Origin: the human T2T-CHM13v2.0 reference genome, Homo sapiens
Assembly (NCBI RefSeq): GCF_009914755.1
Contig: NC_060927.1
Length of the DNA stretch: 64,000 nt
Strand: one strand, 5' to 3'
A program made the translations under genes and the position numbers. Numbering within the stretch: position 1 is the first letter of the stretch; each line of letters opens with the position of its first letter. The notes beneath the pieces are model-generated. The model did not search any database, was not told the origin of the DNA, and saw only the letters and a program-made list of their open reading frames with translations. Shown here one piece after another: positions 44,503 through 58,258 of this stretch.

Positions 44503-45084
44503 CTTTGTGGTTTTATTTACCTTTGGTCTTTGATGATGGTGATGTACAGATGGGTTTTTGGTGTGGATGTCCTTTCTGTTTGTTAGTTTTCCTTCTAACA
44601 GACAGGACCCTCAGCTGCAGGTCTTTTGGAGTTTGCTAGAGGTCCACTCCAGACCCTGTTTGCCTGGGTATCAGCAGCGGTGGCTGTAGAACAGCGTGTA
44701 CTGGTGAACCGCAAATGCTGCTGCCTGATTGTTCCTCTGTAAGTTTTGTCTCAGAGGAGTACCTGGCTGTGTGAGATTTCAGTCTGCCCCTTCTGGGGGG
44801 TGCCTCCCAGTTAGGCTACTTGGGGGTCAGGGACCCACCTGAGGAGGCAGTCTGCCAGTTCTCAGATCTCAAGCTGCATGCTGGGAGAACCACTACTGTC
44901 TTCAAAGCTGTCAGACAGGGACTTTTAAGTCTGCAGAGGTTACTGCTGTCTTTTTGTTTGTCTGTGCCCTGCCTGCAGAGGTGGAGCCTACAGAGGCAGG
45001 CAGGCCTCCTTGAGCTGTGGTGGGTTCCACCCAGTTCGAGCTTCCTGGCTGCTTTGTTTACCTAATAAAACAACTAACTTGGCA

Positions 45085-45174
45085 ATGGTGGGCACCCCTC
45101 CCCCAGCCTCACTGCTGCCTTCCAGTTTGATCTCAGACTTCTGTGCTAGCAATCAGCGAGACTCCGTGGGGTAG
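45085..45174 (+). pseudogene. ORF0: L1 ORF0 remnant, truncated at 29 aa
   Basis: MVGTPPPASLLPSSLISDFCASNQRDSVG*; 1-bp loss relative to the recalled consensus creates TAG. Confidence 0.75.
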
Positions 45175-46833
45175 GACCCTCCGAGCCAGGTGCAGGTTAT
45201 AATCTCCTGGTGTGCCGTTTTTTAAGCCCATTGGAAAAGCGCAGTATTAGGGTGGGAGTGACCCGGTTTTCCAGGTGCCGTCTGTCACCCCTTTCTTTGA
45301 CTAGGAAAGGGAATTCCCTGACCCCTTGTGCTTTCCGGGTGAGGTGATGCCTCGCCCTGCTTTGGCTCATGCATGGTGTGGTGCACCCACTGTCCTGCGC
45401 CTACTGTCTGGCACTCTCCAGTGAGATGAACCCGGTACCTCAGTTGGAAATGCAGAAATCACCCATCTTCTGCATTGCTCCCGCTGGGAGCTCTAGACTG
45501 GAGCTGTTCCTATTTGGCCATCTTGGCTCCTCCCCCCTGGTTTTCTGTTCTTATATTAATTTTGTGTTTTCTTATTCTATGATTCTCAAGAGCATAACTG
45601 TTACAAGATCAATTTTTACAGCAATTTCTCTTTCAAACTAGATGATGTACAGGCCCAATATAGAGATTTTCTTTTCTTTTTTTAACCACTCAAAGTCCAT
45701 GCTAAAATAAATGTCCTTGCATTCTCCCTATGCCAATAAATGTGCTTGTAGTCTCCCTATCCCTCTCCCTATGTTTTTATTTTCTGTTTTTAACCTTTTG
45801 GTTGAGTGCAGGCTCTTGAGGTCCCAACTTTATATTGGTGGTCTCATTCCAGATCCATTCTGAGCCCTACATTCTCTGCTCCTCTTTCGGTGCATTAAAA
45901 CCCAAAATTTAGCACATCCCCAAGAGTAGAGTTGCAGCTTATGTTCTTATTACTGACTTATCTCTTTATGTTCCCTGTCATTTCTGGTTTCCCAATGACT
46001 TTAAAGAATGCCTAAGAGGAACCTTTATGTTCTTTGCTCCCTATGTTCTTGGAAAACAGAAGTCTACTTCTACTTCAATCACTTGGAATTTATTTTTGTG
46101 TATATTCTGAGGAGGTGACCATTTCTGCCTCTTGTGTATTTGTAGCCAGTCTTAATTCTATGCTATTTTATATTTTTCCAACACAAATTCACCATTGGGA
46201 TTTTCTCTCCATTTTGATTCCTTTTAAAACTTACTATTTTAATCTAAGAGAAATTATGAATTACTTTGGGTAAATGTACAAGAAAACTCCTTTGCTCACT
46301 TGCTGGACTAGTGGATTCTGTATTTTCCCACTGTAAATCATAGTGATTTATGCTTATACATATCAAATACTCATAACCTAGAGACAGTTTTATTCCCTGA
46401 ACCACATTGGCACTTCCGTTTACATCAGTTGTGTTATAGACTATTGTCTGTTTTATTGTTGTTTTATACCACTATTCAAACTATTTATTTTAATATTTTG
46501 TTATTAAAATTTTGAATTCATTAAAGTATTATATAAATAAAATCTGTATAAAAATAATTTCTACCAAAACTAAGTCAGTTTTCTGAAAGGCATTATAAAT
46601 TTGTGTTTATAAATATAATTTTTCATTTCAACTTTGGTGTAGTTAAGAAAATTATAAAGGATTGGGAAAATAACCTCAAAATCTGAAGAATTATGCACTA
46701 ATATTATTTACAAATGTTTTAACATTCTTACTTTAAAGAAGCAAAAGTTGTAAATTATAGATGTCACATTAGGAATGATGGTCTTTATGCAGCACAGACT
46801 ACCCATAGGACACTCCAATCAAAAGATATCTAG

Positions 46834-47132
<299 letters not shown>

Positions 47133-47384
47133 AAAAGATATTTACATGTTTAAGTTAAAATACATTATTTTTAAACAATATATTTTAAAATTCCTCATAT
47201 TAAATGACTTCTGTTTAAATCATTGATTCTCATAATCTCTACCTTATTTGATTTTATTATTAATACTATCTGATTTTCTTACTGACTGGTGTTACTAAAA
47301 TGCTTATATTATTTGAAAATCTGACCAAATAAATAAATAGAAAGCAATAAGTCCAACTGCTCAAAGTAAAATAAAATATTAAAA

Positions 47385-48015
47385 AGTAGTCAGAGGTCTC
47401 TGGCTACCAGCACTCCCCACCTTCCTTGGGACAGAGTCTTGCTTGTGGTCACCATGTTTATATCACAAGGCCCACAACCCTTGTGAAAGCTGATTGGATC
47501 AGGAAAGGGGTAAGGGACATGACCCAAAACATAGGCAATGCCTGTAAAGGTCTTCAGGGTCCTAGCAGGTCTGTCCAGGTGACTAGCACACTCAAACTGA
47601 TACTCTCAGAAGAAAGTAAGTAAGTCAAAAGTAAAATAGGTCAGAAAAATTAAAAATTAAGAAGTTAACATAATAAGCAGCTCTAATCAATGAAGAATAT
47701 GAAACAGGAAAGGAGTGTACAGACAGTTGATTTAATAAAAAGAAACACCTAGAGAAAGAACCCACAGAGTTAAGGCTGGAGTCCTAAGCATGGAAAATAA
47801 GCATTCACCATGGCTTCTCAGAGAAGATTCCTCTGACTTCTCAAGGCTTTTGTCAATCCTGAGCTATAATGATGCATGTCCCTGTTCTCTTTAAGGCCTT
47901 AGGAGACTGTGTTTGGTCCTTTCTTACTTCTCTTGTATTCCAACTATAAACTCCACTTTTCAGAGGAAACTTGAGCATATGTGCTCTCTGCATGCTGAAA
48001 GAGCGTAATGAATAT
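47385..48015 (+). mobile_element. Ancient ERVL-class LTR (family uncertain)
   Basis: GCTGATTGGATCAGG..GACATGACCCAA.. and 3' end ..GAAAGAGCGTAATGAATA resemble the LTR16/33/67 class. Confidence 0.35.
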
Positions 48016-48259
48016 GTGTGGAAAGGAAACTAATTTACAATTCTATTGTTTAAAACAGCTAAAATTCTTGAGGTAGGGACTGTATGTCTACCACATTTTG
48101 GCACACGAATATGGCAACAGAATAAAAACAGCTTTAGCAAGTTTATCTGCACAAATTTGCTTAACTTACAACCATATCTAAGCAGAGAGGTGTTCCAAAG
48201 TTCCAAGATTGATATAACCAATCTCATATCTTTTCGTGAGTATTGTGTGAACCAAGGGC

Positions 48260-48470
48260 AGTAAAACATTGGATGGAGAGTCAGGAAACCTTGATTGTAA
48301 TCAGAATTCAACCATGACAAGAAATTGATGACTTTGGGGAAATCATCCCAAATCCCTCAGCCTCAGTTTCTTTCTCTGTGGGGCTCATGTGCTCTGACTT
48401 AAGGTTATCATAAAACTGAAATTAGAGATACATGTGAAAGTACTTTGTTCTGTATGTATTTGTTATGCCA
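48260..48470 (+). mobile_element. MIR SINE
   Basis: GAGTCAGGAAACC..TGACTTTGGGGAAATC..GCCTCAGTTTCTT..ATGTGAAAGTACTTTG. Confidence 0.7.
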
Positions 48471-49278
48471 TACAAATACAGGTGAGAAAGCTTTAGAACC
48501 TCAGAGTTAGAAGGAACTTTGCAGCACCTCATACCCAATCCTCACCTGATAATTTTTTATGGGTAACAGGAAATGTCATTTGCAGGTTTCAGGATGATTT
48601 TCAATGCTTTTAATCTTGTGTAATTTTACTTGTCTTCTGCATTCCATACCTGTTTGATTTAAATGTGAATAATTTTAAGCATATCTTGTTCAATGAATAT
48701 CCTGATGTTCCTTAAAAAATTTGAAACAAAGGCTAGATTTATTTTTTTCTCAAGTTAACTACCAACTACAGAAAAAACGGGAAGTATTCACTTCAAAACT
48801 CCATAAATACAAAGTTATTGACAGAAAAATAGGAATCAATTGAGACTACTAGCAGACATTTTTATATCAAATCAGACTTGGCCTGGGAAGCTGGTAGAGG
48901 CTTGCCACCATTCCTCTCTTCCTCCTTCCATCTTCTGTGGTTCCCAGGGCTTCCCCAGTTTTATGCTCTGTGGCAGCAACACACTATAAGTCTGATCATT
49001 TCTCTTCCTCCTCTCTTCAAAACGCATGTGTTTTCTGGGCTCTGCCTAAAGTAACCAGAGTAAATCAAGAAGAAAATGTGTGTTAAGAATAGAATACATT
49101 TCTCACCTTGAATAACATTTGCATTTTAAAAGCTGCCTCCAATAGGAGTAAGCACCTTGATTTGAAGGAATTTTCAGTTAGTCGTGTGAGGTTTTTCCAG
49201 GACCTCTCATGTGTCATTACATGTGAGGCTCATGGGTAGGCAAAGAAGCAAGCTGTCTCCACACAAAAAAGGTAGCTC

Positions 49279-49291
49279 TGTGTGTGTGTGT

Positions 49292-49322
<31 letters not shown>

Positions 49323-49340
49323 AGAAAGAGAGAGTGTGTG
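49279..49340. repeat. (TG)n/(GA)n microsatellite
   Basis: Direct observation. Confidence 0.9.
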
Positions 49341-50189
49341 GGACTGTTTTCAGGGAAAAACACACCATAAATTGGCTATCTCATCTTTATGATAACCCAT
49401 GAATAGAATTGTAGAATTATTTTCCATAGTGATTAAATCTGTCCTTTTTGGAGTACACGGCTGGCCAGCAGGTGTCAGAGAATAAGTTTTCTAATCACTG
49501 ACAGAACCTTTATTGATGCAGTCAGCAATTACCAGGTTGAAGAAACCCTGTTTATGCATGATTCAAATGCATGCTCATATAGCCTTAGGCCCAGATGTTC
49601 ATATTCCTAGATACAATCTTAACACCAGGGCCCAAATCAACATTATGCTGGAAGACTGATTTCCTCTAATTCAGCCTTTAATATTTCTTCTCTACTGTGA
49701 AAATATGCATCTCCCCCCTCTCCCATCTCCAGTGTTCTCCAGATAAAGTGAACAGTTTAAAAACAGTCAAACAGAATGTGAATGTATTTGAAGGAGGGCA
49801 ACTTTAAGCCTTAGCAAGACCCAGGAGGTCTAAGAATTTCAGTCATATAAAGTCTTATCAACAGCTGAGCCGTGGTAGTAACACAGAAATAATTTCAGAA
49901 GAACTCCATTGAAAAAGGTACAGATAATATTTAGAAATTAGCAATAAGAATAATTAATAGGATGATGACTAGATCAGATGAATAAGAGTCATATAATTAT
50001 GCATTTTTTTGTGCCAGAAAAATGAGTCCCAGGGTTGGCTTACTAACTGATTATTAATCATTCATTGGCAGAGTTTCATTTGGAGTTCTCAAACAATGCT
50101 CACAAAGAGTCTCTTCAGTATCAGTAAGGATTTTAGGCAAAGCAGGGGCCATTCAAATAGGGTTATACCTATACTCTGTTTCAAGAATA

Positions 50190-50535
50190 TGGCTATTAGT
50201 TTAATGTGTCTCCTCCACAATTCAGGTGTTGCCAGTGTGATAGCATTAAAGGTGGGACCTCTAAGAGGTGATTAGGCCATGAAAGCTACCCCTTAGTGAT
50301 TGGCATTAAGGCCCTCATAATAATGGCTTCCTGCAGCATTTGGGCCTTTGCCATTGCCTTCCACCATGTGAGGACACAGTGTTCCTCTGCTCTGGAGGAT
50401 GTAGCCCTCACTAGACACCAAATGCTGGTGACTTGATCTTGGGCTTCCCAGACTTTAGAACTGTGATAAATACATTTCTGTTCTTTATAAGTTACCAGTG
50501 TGTAGCATTATGGCAGCACAAAACAGACTAAGACA
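50190..50535 (+). mobile_element. MaLR solo LTR (MSTD/MLT1A class)
   Basis: ..AATTCAGGTGTTGCCAGTGTGATAG..AACAGACTAAGACA. Confidence 0.82.
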
Positions 50536-51474
50536 GAAAGAAAAAGCTATTTTAAACAACATTCTTGTTTGTTACCTTTCACTGTGCAGGTATTAGCAAG
50601 TGGGCTTGTACTAATGATTAGAAAGTTAAATTTAAAGAAGACAATCTTTATTCTAAGGGCAATTGATTATACACTAGAGGAGGTCGAGCTGTGTTCCTTT
50701 TATACTTTTGTTTATGTCCATGATTTTTTATTTTATCTTCCTATTGAAAGAAAGAATGTTGGTTGAACAGTTTAGATGATGAAATGGTGAGTGGTTACAA
50801 TCTTGTATGCAAACTAATGGCATTTATATAATAAAATTATAATTATACATTGAAAATCAAGAATGTATAATTTCTAGCAGACTACTTTTGTCCCAGCATA
50901 AATGAAGCCTTTCCAGCAGCAGCGCTTCTAATTTAGATTGACTAATACATTGAATGACAAATTTGAACATCTATTTAGCCATTAAGATGTTAATATTAAA
51001 GGGCATTTTTTTGAGAAGTATTAAGAACCAGGAAACATTGTAATGTTTTATTGTAAAATTAAATTTAGCATTATATTCACAATTAGGTAGGCTGCATGGT
51101 AAACTGTAATGCTAGCTGTTTATTCCATTTCTAGATTTTGCCTACCTAGTGTTTAGAAGTCCTCTTCTCACATAGTCACTTCAGATTATGTTATACACTT
51201 TCCAACCAAAATCACAAAAATATTGTTGAAAACATTTTGATTTTTTGTCTCATCACAAAAGTAATATATGTTTATTTTTAGATTTTAAAAACTATAGATA
51301 AACAAGGAAAGGGGGAAAAAGCCACCCAAAATGTGACCACTTTGAGATTAATATAGTTAATATTTTTGTTTGACTCATTTTTTTTAGAGAAGTGGTGCAT
51401 GTTTTTGTATTTATATTTTTTAAATGCTGTTCTCTCCCAAAAACAACTTATTATGAACATTTTTTTCAGCTATT

Positions 51475-53743
51475 TGATATGCTTTTCCTGTGTCCTACCC
51501 AAATATCATTTTGTAGTTCTCATAATCCCCACATGTCATGGGAGGGACCAGGTGGAGATAATTGAATTATGGGGATGGTTTCCTCAATCCTGTTCTTATG
51601 ATAGTGAACTAGTTCTCATGAGCTCTGATGGTTTTATAAGAGGCTGTTTCCCCTGCTTCACTCTGTACTTCTCCTTACTGCTGACACCTGAAGAAGGACG
51701 TGTTTGCTTCCCCTTTTGCCACGATTGTAAGTTTCTTGAGGCCTCCCTAGCCATGCTGCACTGTGAGTCAAATAAACCTCTTTCTTTTATAAATTACCCA
51801 AGTTCAGGTATGTCTTTATTAGCAGCATGAGAACAGACTAATACAGTAAATTGGTATTGGGTAGTGGGGCACTGCTATAAAGATACCCAAAAACGTGGAA
51901 GCCATCTTGGAACTGGGCAATAGGCAGAGGTTGGAACAGTTTGGAGGGCTTGGAAGAAAATAGGAAAATGTGGGAAGGTTTGGAACTTCCTAAAGGCTTG
52001 TTGAATGGCTTTGACCAAAATGCTGATAGTGATATGGACAATAAAGTCCAGACTAAGGTGGTCTCAGATGGAGATAAGAAACTTGTTGGGAGATGGAGTA
52101 AAAGTCACTCTTGCTATGCAAAGAAACTGGTGGCATTTTTCCTCCTGCCCTAGAGATCTGTGGAAATTAAAACTTGGGAGAGATGATTTAGAGTATCTGA
52201 CAGAAGAAATTTTTAAGTGGCAAAGCATTCAAGAGGAAGCAGAGCACAAATGTTTAAAAAATTTGCAGCTTGACAATATGATTGAAAAGAAAACCCTATT
52301 TTCTGGGGAGAAATTCAAGCCTGCTGCAGAAATTTGCATAAATAATGAGGAGCTGAATGTTACTCACCAAGACAATGGGGAAAATGTCTCCAGGGCATGT
52401 CAGAAACCTTCACAGCAGCCCCTCACATCACAGGCCTGGAGACCTAGGAAGGAAAAATGGTTTCCTGGGTTAGGTCCAGGGCTCCCTTGGGACTTTGTAT
52501 TCTGCATCCCAGCCACTCCAAGCCATGGCTAAAAGGGGCCAAGGTACAGCTCAGGCCATGGCTTCAGAGTGTGCAAACCCCAAGCCTTGGCAGCTTCCAC
52601 GTGGTGTTGAGCCTGCTGGTGCACAGAAGTCAAGAATTGAGGTTTGGGAACCTCCACCTAGATTTCAGAGGATATATGGAAATGCCTGGATGTCCATGCA
52701 GAAGTTAGCTGCAGGGGCAGAGCCCTCATGGAGAACATCTGCTAGGGCAGGAAGAAGGGAAATGTGGGGTTGGGTCCCTCACACAGAATCCCTACTGGGG
52801 CACTGCCTAGTGGAGCTGTGAGGAGAAGGCCAGTGTCCTCCACACCCCAGAATGGTAGATACACTGACAGCTTGCACTGAGTGCCTGGAAAAGCCACAGA
52901 CACTCAATGTCAGCCTGTGAAAGCAGCCTGGAGGGGGGTTGTACCCTGTAAATCCACAGAGGCACAGCTCCCCATGGCCTTGGGAGCCCACCATATGCAT
53001 AAGCATGACCTGGATGTGAGACATGGAGTCAAATGAGATCATTTTGTAAATTTAAGGTTTAACGACAGTCCTATTGCATTTCAGACTTGCATGGGGCCTG
53101 CTGCCCCATTTGCTTTGGCCAATTTCTCCCATTGGAATAAGTATATTTATATAATACCTGTAACCCATTGTATCTAGGAAATAACTAACTTGCTTTTGAT
53201 TTTACATGCTCACAGGTGGAAGGAACTTGCCTTGTCTCAGACGAGACTTTGGACTTGGACTTTTGAGTTAATGCTGGAATGAGTTCAGACTTTGGGGGAC
53301 TGTTGGAAGGGCATAATTGTGCTTTGGAATGTGAGAACATAAGATTTGGAGGGACCAGGGGTGAAATAATATGGCTTGGCTGTGTCCTCACCCAAATCTC
53401 ATATTGAATTGTAGTTCCCATAATCCCCACATATCATGGGAAGGACCAGGTGGAGATAAGGAAATCATGGGGGTGTTTTCCCCCATCCTGTTCTCATGAT
53501 AGTGAGTTAGTTCTTAGGAGAGCAGATGGTTTTATATGGGTCTTTTCCCCCACTTTGCTCTGCACTTCTCCTTGCTGCCACTATGTGAAGAAGGATGGAT
53601 GTGTTTGCTTCCCCTTCTGCCATGACTGTAAGTTTTTTGAGGCCTCCCCAGCCATCCTGAACAGTGAGTCAATTAAATCTCTTTCTTTTATAAATTTCCC
53701 TGTCTCAGATATGTCTTTAGTCGCATGAGAATGGATTAATACA
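51475..53743 (+). mobile_element. THE1C-like MaLR provirus (5'LTR 51475-51845, internal 51846-53366, 3'LTR 53367-53743)
   Basis: Paired LTRs, purine tract, broken internal ORF (51941-52153, 52005-52532, 52495-52821); no clear TSD. Confidence 0.92.
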
Positions 53744-55609
53744 TACATACATACTACACAGACATTGATTTCAAAATATGCATGCTTTGAAGACCAAGGC
53801 TTATGGGAAGAATATTTTCATAGGAAGCCTGTTTGGGATTCAGAATAAGTGGTGAATATTAGAAAGCAAGTGTTTGGAACCTTCCAAGGGAATTTTCATT
53901 CAGAGTCTTTTTGCTATAGGATGGTTTAAATTATTTAGCTCAATGTTGGTGAATTAGTTGCAGGAGACATTTCCACCTAGATTAGAGGCCGCTTTCTTTG
54001 GTATAAAATATATTATACTAACCTGGGAATCAAGAGGCTTGAGATTTCTTCATGGCTCTGCCTCACTGACTCTGTGAGTAACACTAGGCAAAGGTATTAC
54101 CCTAGATGTCTTTCTTTGTAATACGAGCTCATCTAAATTGCCAGGCTATAGTTCTTAATACCATGAATAAAATAATTGTTTTTTGGTATGGATTATTCTA
54201 TTTTATTTAGTTAACAAATCAAGTCAGATTATTGTCATTTTTGAAAGGAGAGCTGTGACATAATAGAGATTTATGGGCTTTACCCTATCTTCAAAGGCTA
54301 TTCAGTCAATCTGTTCCTTGACCTTAGAAAAAATATTTCAGAACATAATAGTCGCTTAAGACATCTACTTTCTTGTGTAATCCAAAACTATACAGAACTG
54401 GGTCAAATGCCACTGTAGTAATACAAAACATAAGTCTTTACAAAAAATCTAATTAAACATAAATTATTTTAAGAAAATATACTATGATAAAATATCAATC
54501 ATGATAGCTTATGCTTATTTCTTAAAGTGCATATAAATCTTTTGTTGTTGTTGTTATTGTTGATTGGTTGATCAGAAACCAGAATCTCATCTCCCTCATT
54601 GACAAAACTTCTAGGTCACAGTAGGCTTCAACTGGTATAATAAAAATTTCTCACAGACGTAAAATGTAAAGGTAGCTTTGAAGGTGAAGTAAATGAGAAG
54701 TTACCAGGGGAAGAATTTACTTTAGGATAGCCTTATCTATTGACATTTTGACAATATTAAACTGTGAGAACCCTTGAGGTATCTTCAAGACACACTGAAT
54801 AAGTGCACCTCCTTCAACAGAAACACATTGAACCCCACAAATATGGAAGTGAAATGCTCATCTTTTCTAGAGAAGAAGATTTATTTATAACTTCATTGCT
54901 TATGGAAAATTATTCCAAATAAAATTAAATACCTTCTAATTTGGTCTAAACCCATTTTGTCATGTTCTGTGCACATCAGAGTTTGAAAGCAGATGGCCAG
55001 TACTCACTGAATAAAGTCTCTTTATGCATTTAAAAATTGGCATGAAATGACTTTTGGGTCTTTTCTTCATCAAATTGTATAGTTCCAGCTTTGTTAACCT
55101 CTCAATGTTAACCTTAGTTTCCAGTCCTTTAGTCATCTTCGGGATCATCTCTAAAGCTGTTCATGGTCTTTCATTAGTCAGCTGTACTTCAGTAAGCCCT
55201 CCAACAACTACCAAGAAATATGTCAGAACTTGTTTAGTTGTCATAGCATTTTATATCTCTTAGTCTATATTTCTTGCACATTTGGGGCACAAGGATAAAA
55301 TGAATGCAGCTTTCAGAGGTACAGATATGCTTTTTTTCTTAATTTTTGTATGATAATATTTTTGATAGCTTTGCCAATGAGCCAGAGATTTTTTTATCTA
55401 AGATAATGAAATTTAACTAGAGGCAGGAATAAAATTACATTGAAGTCCCGAGATTCTAGGTAGCCATGGTTTTCCAATGAGCTGAGTGTTTTCTTCTTTG
55501 AGAACCTTAACTTTATTAATTACTATATGGATTAAAACTTCCAAAAATACATCACACTTTCTTTCTCTCTTACATAGTTCATATGGAATATGTTTTGGCA
55601 TTTTTATTT

Positions 55610-56480
55610 GACAACATAATTTAATTCAATATATTTATTGAGCACCTACAAAATTAAGAAATATGCTAGAAGATATGGAGACAAGGTGAATCAGAACTTA
55701 AGGGCTTGCAATCTGAGAGAAATAAGCACAAAATGACCCTAATACACACTAGTAAGTGGTAAATACCATAAGAGATTGAAGATACATGTTAAAGGAATCT
55801 TGGAGGAAACAGAATTTCATGGAAGAAGTATCTTTAGGTTGCTCATTAAGGTAGTAGAAATGCTTTTCCCGCAAAACCAACAGATTTACCTAAAATATGA
55901 AACAGGACAGTAAATTCCATGCGTTTGACATATAACTCTAAATTAGTGGGAAATTGGTATGTATAAGCTTTGACCAGACTAGGTAAGTGATATAAAATAT
56001 ATCTAGAACATTTATTGTTTTTTGCAGATGGCAGAAAATATTGTCATTTTTTTGAGAGGATAAACAGGGCTGAATTTCAATAACATTGATTTGATATCAA
56101 TGAATAAAATTGACTCAACATAGAAAAATATTTTCAAAAATTAAAGGAATACATTAGGAGAAAATTAATGAGGGCTTAAGAAACAGAGAAGGGAAGAGCA
56201 TTTCAGGAGATCTTAATATTATATAGGGTGACAATTATGATATGGTAAGGGAAAGAAGAATCAGAAGTGATTCCAAGGGTTAAAGTGTAGGTGACAGGAA
56301 GATAATAATGCATTTATAGAAACAGAAAACCTAAGAATGGCAGAGACTTATTAGAATAGTAAGAGTCAAAGCTGGATTTTAACATAAAAGGTGTGATAGG
56401 GTAATTAATGAAGCAAATATAGATTATATTTTTCTTGAAGTTTGATAACCATGAGAAAGATAGAGATAGGGTGTCAGCTT
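55610..56480 (-). mobile_element. L2 fragments
   Basis: TTCAATATATTTATTGAGCACCTAC.. and purine-rich L2 antisense sequence; boundaries approximate. Confidence 0.6.
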
Positions 56481-57142
56481 GAGAAGATAGAGTTTTTAAA
56501 ATGTTTTAAACTATAGGAGATTTACTTTTTAGGAAACACAATTTAGCATAATAAGGGACATGAAGAAACAATCAAATGGGAGTCCACAACCAAGAAAATA
56601 ACAATAGAAGGTGAGCTACAGATGATAGAAACAGTAGAAGTATCACTCAAGGAAATTAAAATAGCTATTATAATTATGTTCAAGGATTTTCAGGAAAAAG
56701 AAGAATTAGATGAACAAATGGAAAATCTCAACATAGAAATGGAAACTGTAAAATAGAAACAATTCTAGAACATAAAAGCATAATACCTAAAATTAAAACA
56801 CACTAAATGTGAATGAACACTGCATAAGAAAGGATCAATGAAGCTGAAGACAGATTGACAGAAATTATTCAAAATAAGGCAAAGAGGAAAAAACAATACT
56901 GACATAACTGAAGAGAGTATCAGTGACCTATGGGACAATATGAAGTAGTTTAACATGTGTATTCAAAGTTCTAAATGTACAGGAAGGAGAGAAAGAAGCA
57001 CAAAATTATTTCAAGAAATAATGGTAAATTTTAAAAAGTATGATAAATATAAACTCCCAAATCCAAGATTCTCAACAAATCTCAAAACAGAGAAATAAAG
57101 AGAAAGCCAAACTTAGGCACATAGCAAAACTATAAAAACCAA

Positions 57143-57177
<35 letters not shown>

Positions 57178-57396
57178 AATCCAGAAAGCAATCAAAGTAA
57201 AATAATCATATCATATCATATTAGGGCAACCACAATAAGTATAATGAGTCCATCAACAGCAACAGCATGATCCAGAATACAATGGAATAATATTTTTACA
57301 GTGCTAAGAGGGAAAATACAGCAATTTTCAATCAGAATCAATTGAAATTTAGAATTCTATGTTCTTCAACAAAAAATCTTTTAAAATGGAGTTAAA

Positions 57397-57434
57397 GACA
57401 TTTTTAGATACAAACGACATTTTTAGATACAAAC
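57397..57434. repeat. 19-bp perfect tandem duplication
   Basis: GACATTTTTAGATACAAAC x2. Confidence 0.92.
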
Positions 57435-58052
57435 AGAGATAATTTGCTACCAGTACAACTGTACTATAAAATATATTAAAGGAAATTCTTTAAACTGAAA
57501 AGAAATGACATCAGTTGGAAATTTGAATCTGTGGTAAAGATTGTAGAGTACTCAAATACTGAAAAAGGTCAAGAATGGAAGGTTTGTAAAGCTTTTTCTA
57601 ATTTTTACTGATTTCTTTAAAAGACATTGACTGAAGCAAAATCAACAGCAATGAATTGTGAGATCTATAACAGAGTGCAACATTTGAAAACAATAGCTAA
57701 TGATAGCAAATAATATTTAAGAAAGATACATGAAATTATGCATTTGTCAGCTTTCTATATTTTATGTATAGTAGTGTAATATTAATCCAAAGTGGACTGT
57801 AGAAGTGAAGGAGGCATATTGTAGTTCAAAAAACCATTATAAGGTAATACAAAAAGTTTTGTATAAAAAAATCTAGTAAAGGAGATAAACAGAAGAATAA
57901 ATATCCTAAATCCAAAAGAATACAGAAAATCAGGGTCAAAGGAACAAAAAAAGAACAGAATAATTAAAAAAAAACTGGTAGACATAAACACAGTCATCAC
58001 AATAATTTTATTAAATATAAGAGGCAGAGATAATCAGAATTAATAATATAAC

Positions 58053-58258
58053 ATTAGCTATAGTTGCCCTATTGTGCTATTGTATATTTCAAAGTAGCAA
58101 GAAGAGATTAGGAATGTTTGCAACTCAAAGAAATTAAAATTGTTTGAGGAGATGGATATCCCAATTACCCTTAGTTGATCATTATTACACATCATATGTT
58201 TGTATCAAAATATATGTACCCCAATTAATAGGTAAAATTATGTATCAAAAAATAATAA
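58053..58258 (+). mobile_element. L1MA-like 3' end with a ~27-bp 5' inversion
   Basis: TTGTATATTTCAAAGTAGC..GATGGATATCCCAATTACCC; preceded by the antisense of TAGCACAATAGGGCAACTATAGCTAAT. Confidence 0.7.

Larger units (their letters stand above)
42042..45537 (-). mobile_element. L1PA4-like element with intact 5' and 3' ends and a ~2.6-kb internal ORF2 deletion
   Basis: 5' end GGGGGGAGGAGCCAAGATGGCC; polyA tail; perfect 15-bp TSD TGGTTTTCTGTTCTT (42027-42041, 45538-45552); deletion junction at 42596/42597. Confidence 0.95.

Noticed and set aside
51941-52821. MaLR internal ORF pieces up to 175 aa as a possible domesticated gene
   Set aside because: Split over several frames like the other THE1/MST copies here; consistent with neutral decay
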